64,000 nucleotides of DNA, taken from sequence record OZ346212.1. One strand, given 5' to 3'. Below the pieces are notes generated by a model. That model was not told the origin of the DNA and did not search any database. It saw only the letters and a list, made by a program, of their open reading frames with translations. Position 1 is the stretch's first letter. Each line of letters begins with the position of its first letter. The DNA is from a phage. Of this stretch, positions 37,114 through 47,592 are shown piece by piece. The translations under genes and the position numbers were made by a program.

Positions 37114-37587
37114 CTAGTCTACCTGAACCCAACCGCCTGATACTTTTTTAAACATTCTTTGGTTATCACTGCCTCGGAACGGTTTCTTGGTTGGTAAATC
37201 TTTTACATACTTACCGTCAATGATGATATCAGCCAGTTTAATAACATCACTAGAGATATGGTCAAATGTGAACCCAGTATATACAAGAATAGTTTTCTTG
37301 TCACCAAATTTTTCCTTAATTTTCTCCATCAGGCTAATAATATCTGGCTCATTATAGTATGCTAAGGGTTCTCCACCCAGTAGAGAGATACCGCACACAG
37401 ACGGGTTATCTAAATCTGACAAGATTTTTTGCAAGTCTTCTTCAGTGAACTTCCTCCCCTTATCTTTTGACCAAAATGCCTGATTAAAGCAACCAGGGCA
37501 AGCGTGTGGGCACCCAGATACCCACAAGGCAGTTCTAATACCTGGTCCTTCGGTGTAAGATATTTCTGTGTATCCAGCAATGTTCAT
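37114..37587 (-). CDS. nrdG: anaerobic ribonucleotide reductase activating protein
   Basis: Radical-SAM cluster motif CPHACPGC. Confidence 0.8.
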   Translation of the reverse strand: MNIAGYTEISYTEGPGIRTALWVSGCPHACPGCFNQAFWSKDKGRKFTEEDLQKILSDLDNPSVCGISLLGGEPLAYYNEPDIISLMEKIKEKFGDKKTILVYTGFTFDHISSDVIKLADIIIDGKYVKDLPTKKPFRGSDNQRMFKKVSGGWVQVD

Positions 37588-37700
37588 AGATACTCCGCAT
37601 CACATTTAGGGCAATGCCAAATAAAATCGTCTAGTGCCTTGCACCAACGAAGATTACAACTACAGCCGCACTTGCAAATTTTATAAATACCTGATGACAT
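37584..37700 (-). CDS. small Cys-rich zinc-ribbon protein (38 aa)
   Basis: Not in ORF track; RBS AGGAGG; CxCxCxC...CxxC; stop overlaps nrdG start (ATGA). Confidence 0.5.
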   Translation of the reverse strand: MSSGIYKICKCGCSCNLRWCKALDDFIWHCPKCDAEYL

Positions 37701-37763
37701 ACTGCACCTCCTAGCTCACTGTGTGTCAATAATATGCCACATCCTTGTGGCTTTTGTCAAGAA

Positions 37764-39035
37764 TCAGCAACCACAACTTCCGTAGTGCTTAACTCGCTCG
37801 ATAACTTCCGCTTGCTTACCTTTATTGTAAGGACGGGAGTTAGGACTGGAAAGGTATCCAGACACACGTCGAATTACACTGATCGTTCCCTCTTCATGGT
37901 TTCCACACTCTGGGCATACAAAGCCTTTAGCTGTTGCACTGAACTCACCAGAGAAACCACACTTGAGACATTTATCCACAGGTTGGTTAATACCAAAATA
38001 CATAATGTGTTTATACCCGAAGTCAACAAGAGCCTCTAAAGCATCCAGGTTGTTTTTCAGGTTAGGTGTTTCTACGTATCCGATGTTGCCACCAGAGGAT
38101 ATCATAGCAAAACCTTCTTCATACTCCCACTTATCAAAAGGAGAGCTATTGATCCATACTGGCTGATGGAAACTGTTGGTGAGATATTCATGCTCGTGCT
38201 TCAACACTTCAGGATATTCACGATCCAGACAGGTTGCAGCTTTATAGCATAGACTCTCAGAAGGGGTGCCGTACAAACTAAACGCTAGTCTACTTTTCTT
38301 CTTGTATCGCTCACAAGCATCTCTCATGTGCTGAAGTATTCCAAGAGCTAAAGCCTTGTCACCCTCTCTGCCCAAAATCTGACAGGTTTCATACACACCA
38401 ATATACCCAATACTGATGGAAGCGTACCCGTCATAGAAGAGTTTATCAATACTCTCTTCAGGATCCAGGCGAGCAAGAGCGCCTTCACACCACATGATAG
38501 GGTTCTGCCCTGCCTTAGTGCCTTTCAGACGGTTAACCCTTACAAGGTGAGCTTCATATGCCAAATCCAGATACTCGTCAAGAACGGAAAAGAAATCAAC
38601 ACCTTCCGTCTTAGCTTTTGCCGCAATCATTGGCAGGTTAAGACTAACAACACCCAAGTTGAATCTGCCGAGGTATTTCTCCTCACCTGTTTCCAAGTCA
38701 TTGTATTTGCTAAGAAAACTCCGGCAACCCATGCTCGTTACTTTACCATCTGTCGAGCCTGTCACTTTACGATTTAGTGGAACAGAAACAAAGTCAGGAT
38801 AAATCCGCTCTGCAGAGCATTCCAGAGCTAATCGTTTCAAATCATAGTTAGGATCTCCAGGGTTCATGTTGACACCCTCTTCTAGGAAGAACAACACTTT
38901 AGGGAACACAGGTGTGATACGTTCTTCACCAAGACCCATTTTGTGGACTTTCAAGTAGTTTTTGGTAATCATTCTACCAAAGACTGAGGTGTCCAGACCT
39001 AAACTTAATGTGATGAATGGAGTCTGCTGTCTCCT
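37764..39035 (-). CDS. nrdD: anaerobic ribonucleotide reductase NrdD, exon 2
   Basis: Glycyl-radical motif RRVSGYL near C-terminus; frame open upstream of the track start to 39065. Confidence 0.8.
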   Translation of the reverse strand, partial: RRQQTPFITLSLGLDTSVFGRMITKNYLKVHKMGLGEERITPVFPKVLFFLEEGVNMNPGDPNYDLKRLALECSAERIYPDFVSVPLNRKVTGSTDGKVTSMGCRSFLSKYNDLETGEEKYLGRFNLGVVSLNLPMIAAKAKTEGVDFFSVLDEYLDLAYEAHLVRVNRLKGTKAGQNPIMWCEGALARLDPEESIDKLFYDGYASISIGYIGVYETCQILGREGDKALALGILQHMRDACERYKKKSRLAFSLYGTPSESLCYKAATCLDREYPEVLKHEHEYLTNSFHQPVWINSSPFDKWEYEEGFAMISSGGNIGYVETPNLKNNLDALEALVDFGYKHIMYFGINQPVDKCLKCGFSGEFSATAKGFVCPECGNHEEGTISVIRRVSGYLSSPNSRPYNKGKQAEVIERVKHYGSCGC

Positions 39036-39832
39036 CCCTGTGTTTCCACAGGGCCAGACTATCTCTTACTCTACTTCAATAAGATAATAACCCTTTATTG
39101 TGAGATGCTTACCTTCGGCATTTCCTTCGATAGCCCTATGAACGTTACCTACGTTCAAATTTAAGGCTTTTGCACAGGCATAGAGTGAAGGATATTCACC
39201 CACCAAGGTTTTACCTTTGTATGCCTGCACTTTCCTATAGCACTTACCTGGACAAAGTCCTGTTCGGAAAGCATGTCTCTTATTATCTTCCGGCAAAACC
39301 CACTCTAGGTTAGACGGATGATCATTCAATGTATTGCCATCTTTATGATTCACTTCCCAGTTTTCAGGGTCTTCTGGGACATCCGGCAAACAATACAAGG
39401 CAACAATCCTTGAGGTTTGGATTCGAATCTTTTTACCTTTGTGGTTGAAAGAGTACATATAACGGCGTTTAACATGCTTGTTACCTTTTCCATAACCTCC
39501 CCACAATATTGGGTGTAGCATTCCACGTTTTCCGTATACGTTTCCAACCTCATCAATCACATAGTTTGATTCTTCACCATTAAGAATGATCTTTTTCATA
39601 GAGCCTCTCCATTTCGAAGTTAGTATTTCAACTAACCCCTACACTACTTGGTTCAGAAATGTTTGTCAAGCATTTCTGCCTTTCGTTAGTCGTTACAACC
39701 GTTCCAACTCCTGTAAGAACTAGTCACGGGATTGGCATAGCTTTCGCCTTAGCGTTCCCCGTTAGCCGGATTTACCGACCCCTCTTATGAGGTTAGGAGA
39801 GTTTTACAACGGCCAGTTTGTTAACCGTTGAC
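39036..39832 (-). mobile_element. group I intron in nrdD
   Basis: 5' intron core contains ACGGGGAAC...CAATCCCGTG as in T4 td/nrdB/nrdD introns; ends in G before exon 2; HNH ORF inside. Confidence 0.7.
39066..39599 (-). CDS. HNH homing endonuclease (intron-encoded)
   Basis: NHKDGNTLNDHPSNLEWV; paralog of the HNH at 4085..4591. Confidence 0.8.
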   Translation of the reverse strand: MKKIILNGEESNYVIDEVGNVYGKRGMLHPILWGGYGKGNKHVKRRYMYSFNHKGKKIRIQTSRIVALYCLPDVPEDPENWEVNHKDGNTLNDHPSNLEWVLPEDNKRHAFRTGLCPGKCYRKVQAYKGKTLVGEYPSLYACAKALNLNVGNVHRAIEGNAEGKHLTIKGYYLIEVE

Positions 39833-40684
39833 AGAAGTTAACGTGTTGATTTGATAGAGCAAAGTCTGCATGCTGTCAAATACGTCTTTATCTGTCATTT
39901 GCATTGCAACAGTTTCAGCATCCGGCAACCAATGTTCCTGGCAAAATTTAAGGTTCTTCTCATAGGTTGCTTCAGCATACTGTGCCAGATAATGATCAAT
40001 ATGGCTCATAGTCTGACCACCATATTGAGCACTAGCTACCGCACTAGAGATTTGGCTAAGGATTGTTGTTGCAACCCCTATTGACTTCGGCTTACTGACA
40101 TGGGCGTTACCAATGTTGAATCCGTTTTCCAACATATCTGGATAATTTACCAAACAACAGTTTGTTAACGGACTGATCAAGTAGTCAAGATCATGCACAT
40201 GGATGAATCCTTTATTGTGCTCTTCGGAGACACGGTCTGGCAGGATCTGTGTTGATGCAAGGTGTTTGCTAAGAATACCTGCAAGCAGGTCGCGATGAGT
40301 GTGTACATGATTAGTAGGCTTATTTGCGTTTTCTTTTGTAAATTCATCACAAGTTCGATCCAAGAAGCCACTAATATCTGCAAGCAGTTTTCCACCTGCC
40401 TCTCTGTTATTATCTCTTGTCTGTCTATACTGGATGTATTCTCTGGCTGCACATTTTAAACCCATATCCATAAGAGCATCTTCAACAAGGATATGGATAT
40501 TTTTTACAGAGATCGTGCACTGGTCGGTTGGTAGATTGTTAGCAACAACTTCATTAACCGCGCAGGCGATCCGGTAAGCTTCTTCTTCAGTATGTCCAGA
40601 CTCAAGTAAGGCGGACTCTGCCGCCTTGATCACCTTAATTCCGTTATAGAACTCTTCTCTACCGTCCCGTTTTACAACTTTCAC
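39833..40684 (-). CDS. nrdD: anaerobic ribonucleotide reductase NrdD, exon 1
   Basis: N-terminal ATP-cone MKVVKRDGREEFYNGIKVIKA; exon end placed at TCT (Ser), boundary +/- a few codons. Confidence 0.8.
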
Positions 40685-40959
40685 TTTTTCTCTCCAAAAC
40701 CATTCTTAACAAAAGAGATGAAATCGTCGGCACCGCCTATATGGACACTGTCAAGATCGCTTTCTAAGAAGATCTGCGGCAACGTTCTGGGGACAATTGG
40801 ACTGCACTTCTCAATAAGCTCTTCTTTTGTGTAGCCCTCGCCAAGTGTCTTATATACAAAAGGCAGACCTTTGCTGATTGCAAATTCTTTTGCTCTGACA
40901 CAATGTGGGCAGTTATCATTACCGTAAATGATGATGAAAAAAGATTTTTCGCAGCTCAT
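40681..40959 (-). CDS. glutaredoxin / NrdH-like redoxin
   Basis: CPHC active site and TLPQIF motif. Confidence 0.65.
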   Translation of the reverse strand: MSCEKSFFIIIYGNDNCPHCVRAKEFAISKGLPFVYKTLGEGYTKEELIEKCSPIVPRTLPQIFLESDLDSVHIGGADDFISFVKNGFGEKK

Positions 40960-40962
40960 ATA

Positions 40963-42051
40963 TTAAAACTCCCAAATTTCTTCTTCAGCGTCGTTAACAG
41001 TTGTGTTGACGCGGTAGTCAGTGTTCGACATTTCTTGGTTCGCCGTCTGTTGTAATGAAGGTTTCATCCACACCTGCATAAACGGTAGCGGGTCCTTTGT
41101 TGGCGGCACAAAGTCTTTGTCGATGTCGTAGTAATCATAAATCGGTGAGCAGTTATAGTCAACCCACTCTTTAAGCAACGGTGAGTTAAGACCTATAATC
41201 GCTCTTCCTTCGCTGAAAATATAGTCACTCCAACCGTACTCTTTGGTTCGTACTTCATCAAGAATCTCTTTTAACTCCCCCTTTATCTCAAGGAAGCTTT
41301 TCTCCCATGCGGGATCATTAAGCAAGATATCAATGATGGCAAAATCACCTTTCGAATGTAGCATTTCGTCAAGCATGATTTTTTGAACAAGCTGCGCCAC
41401 CTGAACAAAGATACCCTGTTCAGCTACTGCGAAAGTGCATGCAAAACTTGCAATAAACTCAATACTTTCCAGAGCTAAAAGTGCAAAAAGCGCTCTAAGA
41501 ATGCATTTCCGCACAACATCTTCTTCAACACTAGAAGGATCCAGTCGGTATTTTGCACCAATAACCTCAAGCTCTTGCATGTATTTGACAATAACGCCAG
41601 ATCTGCTCAGAACGTTTTGGTTTTCCTGAATCTCTTCTATAATCTCACGGGCATTGGGGAGGCATTGTCTAACAATCTCTGAGTAAGTTAGTGCGTGAAG
41701 AACTTCAATCTCTGACTGTTTCATCAATAGAGTGAAAAGCTCACTATTAGTGATGAATGGTGAAAAGAGGCAGATGATCGATCTTGCCGCAACGCTATCA
41801 GCCTCCCATTGCCACATCAAGGTCTGCACCATCACGTCATAAGTTGACTTTGAGCATGTTACAAAATCTGAAATAGATTGCGACAAATCCACTTCATCCT
41901 CTGCCCAATCTTGCTCTTTTTGTTTTTTGTATAGTTCAAACAGTTGTGGATATTTTTTGTTGATAGAGTCGTACATACCCATTTGCTGTCCCAGAAACAG
42001 CGGATAGTCACCAGTTTTATGAGCGGTGTTCTCAGCATTAAATACAGCCAT
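40963..42051 (-). CDS. nrdB: ribonucleotide reductase small subunit
   Basis: Ferritin-like diiron residues; start moved to ATG at 42051 after RBS GAGGTAG. Confidence 0.85.
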   Translation of the reverse strand: MAVFNAENTAHKTGDYPLFLGQQMGMYDSINKKYPQLFELYKKQKEQDWAEDEVDLSQSISDFVTCSKSTYDVMVQTLMWQWEADSVAARSIICLFSPFITNSELFTLLMKQSEIEVLHALTYSEIVRQCLPNAREIIEEIQENQNVLSRSGVIVKYMQELEVIGAKYRLDPSSVEEDVVRKCILRALFALLALESIEFIASFACTFAVAEQGIFVQVAQLVQKIMLDEMLHSKGDFAIIDILLNDPAWEKSFLEIKGELKEILDEVRTKEYGWSDYIFSEGRAIIGLNSPLLKEWVDYNCSPIYDYYDIDKDFVPPTKDPLPFMQVWMKPSLQQTANQEMSNTDYRVNTTVNDAEEEIWEF

Positions 42052-42089
42052 TATTCTACCTCTAAAATGGGGCCGAAGCCCCTTTAAAA

Positions 42090-44405
42090 TTATAGTGCAC
42101 AGCTTTCGCAATACGGATCTTCAACTGAACTATCTGCAATCAAAGGATAGTTCTTTCTGGTTTCATCTTCAGCCTGTTTCTTGGCATGGAGTTCCTCTGC
42201 CAAGGAGTCACCAGCACCAACCCTAGAGTTTAAATAATACCATGTCTTCATCCCGAATTTAGTGGCACGGATAAGGTACCCTAGCTGCTCCTTCATTGAA
42301 ATTTTACCATCTTTCAACTTGGTGTAGTCTATGTATAAATCCGCGCTGATTGCCTGACCTGTGAATTTTTGAATCACAGCATACATATCGATCATGTCGT
42401 TAGTATCAACGTCCCAAGCCGAAGTGTAATACTCTTTCAACTCATCGTATTCAGGAACGATAAACAGCACCTGCCCTTGTGGCGACTTTTTAAAGATAAT
42501 GTGCTCACGGACAGGATAAACCCCGTTAGTGGTGTTTGTTGCCAGCGAAGAGCTTTCATTAGGCATATATGCTTCAAGAACGCTATTACGTAGCCCACCA
42601 TTTTCAATGATTTCTTTACGTAACCCTTCCCAATCCTGTTTAAGAGAAGGATCTTTCACCACACTATCGACCTCTTTGTTATAAGTGTCGATTGGTAACC
42701 AACCTTCTGGATATTTTGTTTTATACATCCACTCGCAGACACCACGCTCTTTTGCCAACCGTAAACTTGCCTTATGCAAGCTGTAGCTGTGAAGTTCTGC
42801 AAGATCGTGAACAAGCTGTTTACTTTCAGGAGATCCGTAAGTAACCTTGTGGCTGGCAATAAAATGTGCAACATTGGTAAGGCCAACCCCGATGGATCTG
42901 CGTTTTTTAACAGTACTCTCCATGTTTTCATACGGATATGCCATGATTTCCATAACATTGTCAATCATAAGCACCGTGTAGTATGCAACATCCTCATACT
43001 CCTCTGGGGTAACCCTTCCAGCTACAAGAGATGACAGGAAGCACAATGCAACCTCACCATCATCAACATCGTACTTGAAGATATTACGCATATCTGAATA
43101 GCCTTTTGTCGGGAGGGCTATTTCTGCACACAGGTTGCTTGAATAGATCACATCTTTAAAAGGTGTATGTCTATTCATCTCATCTGTCCAGTATACGTAC
43201 AGCCTTCCCACCTCAGTACGCTGCGTGATCAGCTCAACAGCAAGATCTCTAGCCCGGATCCATGTCTTAGGAATACTGTCATCTTTAGCAATACGCTCAA
43301 CCTCTGCATCGAACTCCTCCATAGACATGGTGAAGATACCCTCATACAGTTGAGGAGCGTGCTTATAAGAAACAAGCATCCAATCTAAATTCTTAGCCAC
43401 ACGGTTGATAAACGACCTATTAATACCGATGGAGTAGTCCATGGTGTTGATTCTTTTTGAAGCAACAGTCATAGGGTTTCTCAAACGGATTAGCTCATCA
43501 ATCTGCGGGTCCAGTGCAAGGAATGATACTGTTGCAGAACCGCCACGTGATTGTTGTCTGTTCTCCTTAACACCAGCATCAATACCTCGATAATATGGAA
43601 TCTTACCCATGTGTTTAATAGTGTTACCGCGAACACCATCACCTGCAGATCTTGATGATAAATAGTAGCCGATACCTGCTTGGTTAACCGTCATTGTGTA
43701 CGCAACTTCACGTGCCACACCAATAGATTTTGCTGTATCGTCAGCTTTTATTACACAACAAGATGCATACCCTGTCTTACCTGTGCGCAGCCCGTTTAAG
43801 TACGGTGTCGGGGCATTGATCTTTAAGTCGGACAGATAAGTGTATAATTTTACAACATCGTTGATACGACGTTCTTTCGGCATATTCTTCATGACAGCCA
43901 TTGCTATCCCCATAAACATCATCTGGGGAGATTCAAACAAGGTGTCTTTAAGAGTATCCTTGATCCCGTATTTGTCGCGAAACTGTTTAAGGACTGCATA
44001 GCCATAGCCGAGATCTTTACTGTGGTCAATAACAGCGTCTAAAGTGTTTAGCTCGGTAAAGCTATATCCCATATCCTCCCAATACCCTTTCTCAACCATG
44101 TCGTTGTAAAATGATGGTAAGGAAGGGATCTTTGTAAACCCTCCAAAAGCCTCTTTATAAATCTGACCAATAAGAACACGACCAGCCATACGGGAATGTG
44201 CTTCGTCTTTACGGCTAACACAGGAGTCTATGATAGCTTGGTTAACTTCTTTGGTTGTACATCCATCATACAGTCGTTTGTATGCATCCAGTGCAATATG
44301 TGACCAATTGCCGTTACCGTCGTCACCGAAAATAGCTGCCTTATTTAAACGTTCTGGATCGAATGCCACTTCACATCCGTTGCTTTTAATTACCTTGGTG
44401 ATCAA
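42090..44405 (-). CDS. nrdA: ribonucleotide reductase large subunit
   Basis: 771 aa; ATP-cone VIKSNGCEVAFDPERL; class I RNR catalytic region. Confidence 0.9.
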   Translation of the reverse strand: MITKVIKSNGCEVAFDPERLNKAAIFGDDGNGNWSHIALDAYKRLYDGCTTKEVNQAIIDSCVSRKDEAHSRMAGRVLIGQIYKEAFGGFTKIPSLPSFYNDMVEKGYWEDMGYSFTELNTLDAVIDHSKDLGYGYAVLKQFRDKYGIKDTLKDTLFESPQMMFMGIAMAVMKNMPKERRINDVVKLYTYLSDLKINAPTPYLNGLRTGKTGYASCCVIKADDTAKSIGVAREVAYTMTVNQAGIGYYLSSRSAGDGVRGNTIKHMGKIPYYRGIDAGVKENRQQSRGGSATVSFLALDPQIDELIRLRNPMTVASKRINTMDYSIGINRSFINRVAKNLDWMLVSYKHAPQLYEGIFTMSMEEFDAEVERIAKDDSIPKTWIRARDLAVELITQRTEVGRLYVYWTDEMNRHTPFKDVIYSSNLCAEIALPTKGYSDMRNIFKYDVDDGEVALCFLSSLVAGRVTPEEYEDVAYYTVLMIDNVMEIMAYPYENMESTVKKRRSIGVGLTNVAHFIASHKVTYGSPESKQLVHDLAELHSYSLHKASLRLAKERGVCEWMYKTKYPEGWLPIDTYNKEVDSVVKDPSLKQDWEGLRKEIIENGGLRNSVLEAYMPNESSSLATNTTNGVYPVREHIIFKKSPQGQVLFIVPEYDELKEYYTSAWDVDTNDMIDMYAVIQKFTGQAISADLYIDYTKLKDGKISMKEQLGYLIRATKFGMKTWYYLNSRVGAGDSLAEELHAKKQAEDETRKNYPLIADSSVEDPYCESCAL

Positions 44406-44632
44406 TTTGCTTCCTCCACTTCATCAACGTATTTATCAAGGCAGGTATCAGTATCTTGCTGGATAAAGGTATCCTCTTCTACAGAGATATTTATAATTTT
44501 GCCTGTATACTCGTCATAATAAACATCATCATACATTTTAATATCGTTTGTCAGGCCGTTGAACCAAAGCCAACCAACATACTCTGACCGACTTGCAAAA
44601 CCAAGATCCTTCCACTTGGAGTTATGACTCAT
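44402..44632 (-). CDS. hypothetical protein
   Basis: Start moved to ATG at 44632 after RBS AAGGTGG. Confidence 0.45.
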   Translation of the reverse strand: MSHNSKWKDLGFASRSEYVGWLWFNGLTNDIKMYDDVYYDEYTGKIINISVEEDTFIQQDTDTCLDKYVDEVEEAN

Positions 44633-44642
44633 CTTCACCACC

Positions 44643-45143
44643 TTAGCTTTCAATACCGAATAATTTTTCCAGGCGATGCAGATCTTCAAAATTGAAAGGT
44701 TCATCAACAATATGAATATCTTCAGCCTTTTCAGATTGTTTTGTATACTTTCTTACATTAACACGATCCTCTACAGGAATATCATACGGAAGATCTTGAA
44801 CAAGCATTGCCTCACCAGGTGCTTTATCCACATCTAAAATATCTACACCGTTATACATTTGCGGGTATCTAAAGTCTGCACGCATGACACCAGCAAATAC
44901 ATCTGCCTTTCGATAATGTGTTGGCTTATTTTTGCATCGAACGTTTTTTCCACGAAGAACATCAATACTTTTTAAATCAAACCCTACGGCAAAGAGTGCA
45001 GCTCGGAGACCGTTTCGTGTGCGAACGTTAAACCCGGGAACGGTAGATAGGAAATCCAAAGTAACTGAAATAAATGTCTTTTTAGGAATCATAACATTAC
45101 TCATATCTGTCTCCATTTCTGGCTCACCAACAAAGTGAGCCAT
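44643..45143 (-). CDS. hypothetical protein
   Basis: ORF track; start uncertain. Confidence 0.5.
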   Translation of the reverse strand: MAHFVGEPEMETDMSNVMIPKKTFISVTLDFLSTVPGFNVRTRNGLRAALFAVGFDLKSIDVLRGKNVRCKNKPTHYRKADVFAGVMRADFRYPQMYNGVDILDVDKAPGEAMLVQDLPYDIPVEDRVNVRKYTKQSEKAEDIHIVDEPFNFEDLHRLEKLFGIES

Positions 45144-45202
45144 TATTATAGATTATCTAATACTATTAGTCAACACAAAAGTTACCTATCGCTGTGATAG
45201 GA

Positions 45203-46186
45203 TTAACCTTTCACGAAGTGGTTATTAAGCAGTTGTCTGTGCTGAACCCACCCACAAAAGTTGGCAGACCAGAATTTACCATCACGGTCTTGATGGGTTA
45301 CACCTTCCTGCCAAGTACTGATGTCTTGTGTGATTTCACATGAAGACAGGTAGTAGTTTAAACGTTCCATTGCGTTATCGTGATCCATAGGTGTTGCCTG
45401 GTGCTCGTAAGGGCTTGCATGAATACGATCCCCACCAATCAATTTTTTAGCCACACTGTCTGCCTTTTCAAACGTGCTGTCAATATTTCGATAAGATACT
45501 TGTGCACAGCAACTAGCACTGATAGACAGAGCTTCTTTAGTATCGAGAATGCAGAGCTTTCCTTCTGTGTCACGTACAGCGTAGTTAAACTCCCCGTCCA
45601 AATAAACGTGCTCTACATATGGAGTGTGCCATTGACCCGGTTTAAGGATTTCAGGAGTGCTATTCACAAGAGCCTCCCACATACAATTAGCTAACATCTG
45701 AATCGTAGGATCCGCATCGTGCCAGCAACGGAGGTGGAAAAAATTATTCCACTCGGTGCTTGTTACAACTGTTTTCATGCGCTGAAAAGGCTCCACTAAG
45801 CGGTTACATACTTGCTTATGGTAACCAGCAAGGGCAAACTTCTCTGCATGCCAAGCGGCGTTTTTTGCAGCTTCTTTCCAAAACTCTTCCGGAGTTAGCT
45901 CCATATCAGTGTACTCTACACGGATCTTTTGATCGTGTTCCCCACCATCTTCCATTCCTCGCTTATTTACACCGAAGCGAACTGGCATTGCCGGATTCTC
46001 CACAATCTGTTGCAGCATCTTTCCGACAGGCACTGCACGGGAAGACATGGCGTTTCGGCTGAACACTCGGTGCGTCATAAGCTCTGAGTGAATAATTCGA
46101 GGATACTCTAGCTCAAAAGTGGTGATGCGCTTACCTTTCTCGGAAATGCTGTCAGCAATGATCTTTGCAGTGCACAGTTTTAGCAT
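45203..46186 (-). CDS. thyX: flavin-dependent thymidylate synthase
   Basis: ThyX-type motif THRVFSRNAMSSR (H-R-X7-S). Confidence 0.65.
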   Translation of the reverse strand: MLKLCTAKIIADSISEKGKRITTFELEYPRIIHSELMTHRVFSRNAMSSRAVPVGKMLQQIVENPAMPVRFGVNKRGMEDGGEHDQKIRVEYTDMELTPEEFWKEAAKNAAWHAEKFALAGYHKQVCNRLVEPFQRMKTVVTSTEWNNFFHLRCWHDADPTIQMLANCMWEALVNSTPEILKPGQWHTPYVEHVYLDGEFNYAVRDTEGKLCILDTKEALSISASCCAQVSYRNIDSTFEKADSVAKKLIGGDRIHASPYEHQATPMDHDNAMERLNYYLSSCEITQDISTWQEGVTHQDRDGKFWSANFCGWVQHRQLLNNHFVKG

Positions 46187-46386
46187 TATTTAGCTCTCCT
46201 TGTTTTAATTTTGGAAATTTCGTCTGGGTTTATGTTGGCCTTAAATGCAAGGTATCTGTTGAACATATCGGAGCACATGTCTTGGGTGATCCTGGAGGCA
46301 TACACCAGCTTACCTCCCAGATCATACACCTCTAGCCAGTCACCGTATCTGACTACAGGATCGCCACCTTTAGAACATCTGCCCAT
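46186..46386 (-). CDS. hypothetical protein
   Basis: ORF track. Confidence 0.45.
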   Translation of the reverse strand: MGRCSKGGDPVVRYGDWLEVYDLGGKLVYASRITQDMCSDMFNRYLAFKANINPDEISKIKTRRAK

Positions 46387-46387
46387 T

Positions 46388-46981
46388 TCAAATACCTTCT
46401 AAAAACTTTCCTATTTTATACCAGCTATTAGCGGTATAGTCAACACTGACCTTTAACTCCTCAAATTGCTCATAAGGCGTATCTTTTAGGATTTTAATAA
46501 CTTCAGGGCGTGAAGCGAATTGGTTCAGGTATTCATGCCTGTCGTCAATTATAACATCTACAGCCACATTTCCCTTGAAATGCGTGGCGTAGAAGCCGTG
46601 ACCCTGGGTGTGATCGTCCAGATCCATAAAATCACTAGTCCAACGCTTTAAGAACCTTGATTTAGATGCAAGGTGACCTTTCTTGCATACCGAGATAAAT
46701 GCAAGCTTGTGACCACGAGCCACCAAATCTTTCATAACCTCAATAGCCCCCTCTTCAGGCTTAAGAAAGTCGTAGAGGAACGGGTCACTCCAGAAATCAA
46801 AAGGCCCTATGATGTTTTCTTTGGGGCGATCAGGCCAATACTTTGACAGATCGTAATACATTAACCCATTAGAAGGTTTAGTGACTGTCTTACTGGCTGG
46901 ACCATATAAACGCTCCAACCACTCCCACCATGCTGTTCCTGAATCTACCAGTGTCAAATCTACATCAATACCGATTAACAT
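46388..46981 (-). CDS. HAD-family 5'-nucleotidase / deoxyribonucleotidase
   Basis: HAD motif I DVDLT at N-terminus. Confidence 0.55.
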   Translation of the reverse strand: MLIGIDVDLTLVDSGTAWWEWLERLYGPASKTVTKPSNGLMYYDLSKYWPDRPKENIIGPFDFWSDPFLYDFLKPEEGAIEVMKDLVARGHKLAFISVCKKGHLASKSRFLKRWTSDFMDLDDHTQGHGFYATHFKGNVAVDVIIDDRHEYLNQFASRPEVIKILKDTPYEQFEELKVSVDYTANSWYKIGKFLEGI

Positions 46982-47592
46982 TCTTCTTGGGCCTCTTTAG
47001 CATCAATATACTTGCACACAATCTCCGATGCACATTCCCAAGGTGCACCTTCAGGGTTTACAACATCGAACTCAATTCCTTTTATTCCGTTCTTTTCCAG
47101 ACTTAGATAGGTTCTGGAATCATTTCCCCAGTCATATCCGACACGGTGAATACGGAACAACAACAGATCTCCACCTGTGCTGTACGCGTACTCGCTAAGG
47201 CATGCCAGCTCCTCTTTGAATCCACCATCGGAGTAAACAACAACCCCTTTACCTTTAGGGAAATCTTTCTTCAAAGATGCGACTGCGGCTTTACCGAAAG
47301 CATCTTCACCAAAGATAGGTTTAATCAGATTTTCACTACAATGGATCATCCATTCTCGCGGAGAAACATGCTTGCCGTCTATCATTAAGAAAGGGCAAGG
47401 CTCTTCTTTGTAGTGGCGGTCATAAAGTGCATTCCAGAGTTGAGGAGTTACACCAGCTGCCTTAATTGCCACACTGAAGAGCATCTCCTTAACCTCACGG
47501 TGGTGTGAGTTAGGAATAGCTTCCAACAAGAGATCTGCAATGTGATCCTTACCACTGCTGGGTGGGGCGTTAAGAACAATAATATCCATCAA
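46975..47592 (-). CDS. deoxynucleoside monophosphate kinase
   Basis: P-loop NAPPSSGKD like T4 gp1 SGKD. Confidence 0.6.
   Translation of the reverse strand: MMDIIVLNAPPSSGKDHIADLLLEAIPNSHHREVKEMLFSVAIKAAGVTPQLWNALYDRHYKEEPCPFLMIDGKHVSPREWMIHCSENLIKPIFGEDAFGKAAVASLKKDFPKGKGVVVYSDGGFKEELACLSEYAYSTGGDLLLFRIHRVGYDWGNDSRTYLSLEKNGIKGIEFDVVNPEGAPWECASEIVCKYIDAKEAQEEC

Noticed and set aside
42090-44405. Intein or intron in nrdA
   Set aside because: The 771-aa ORF is continuous and of normal class I length; no inserted endonuclease or frame break.
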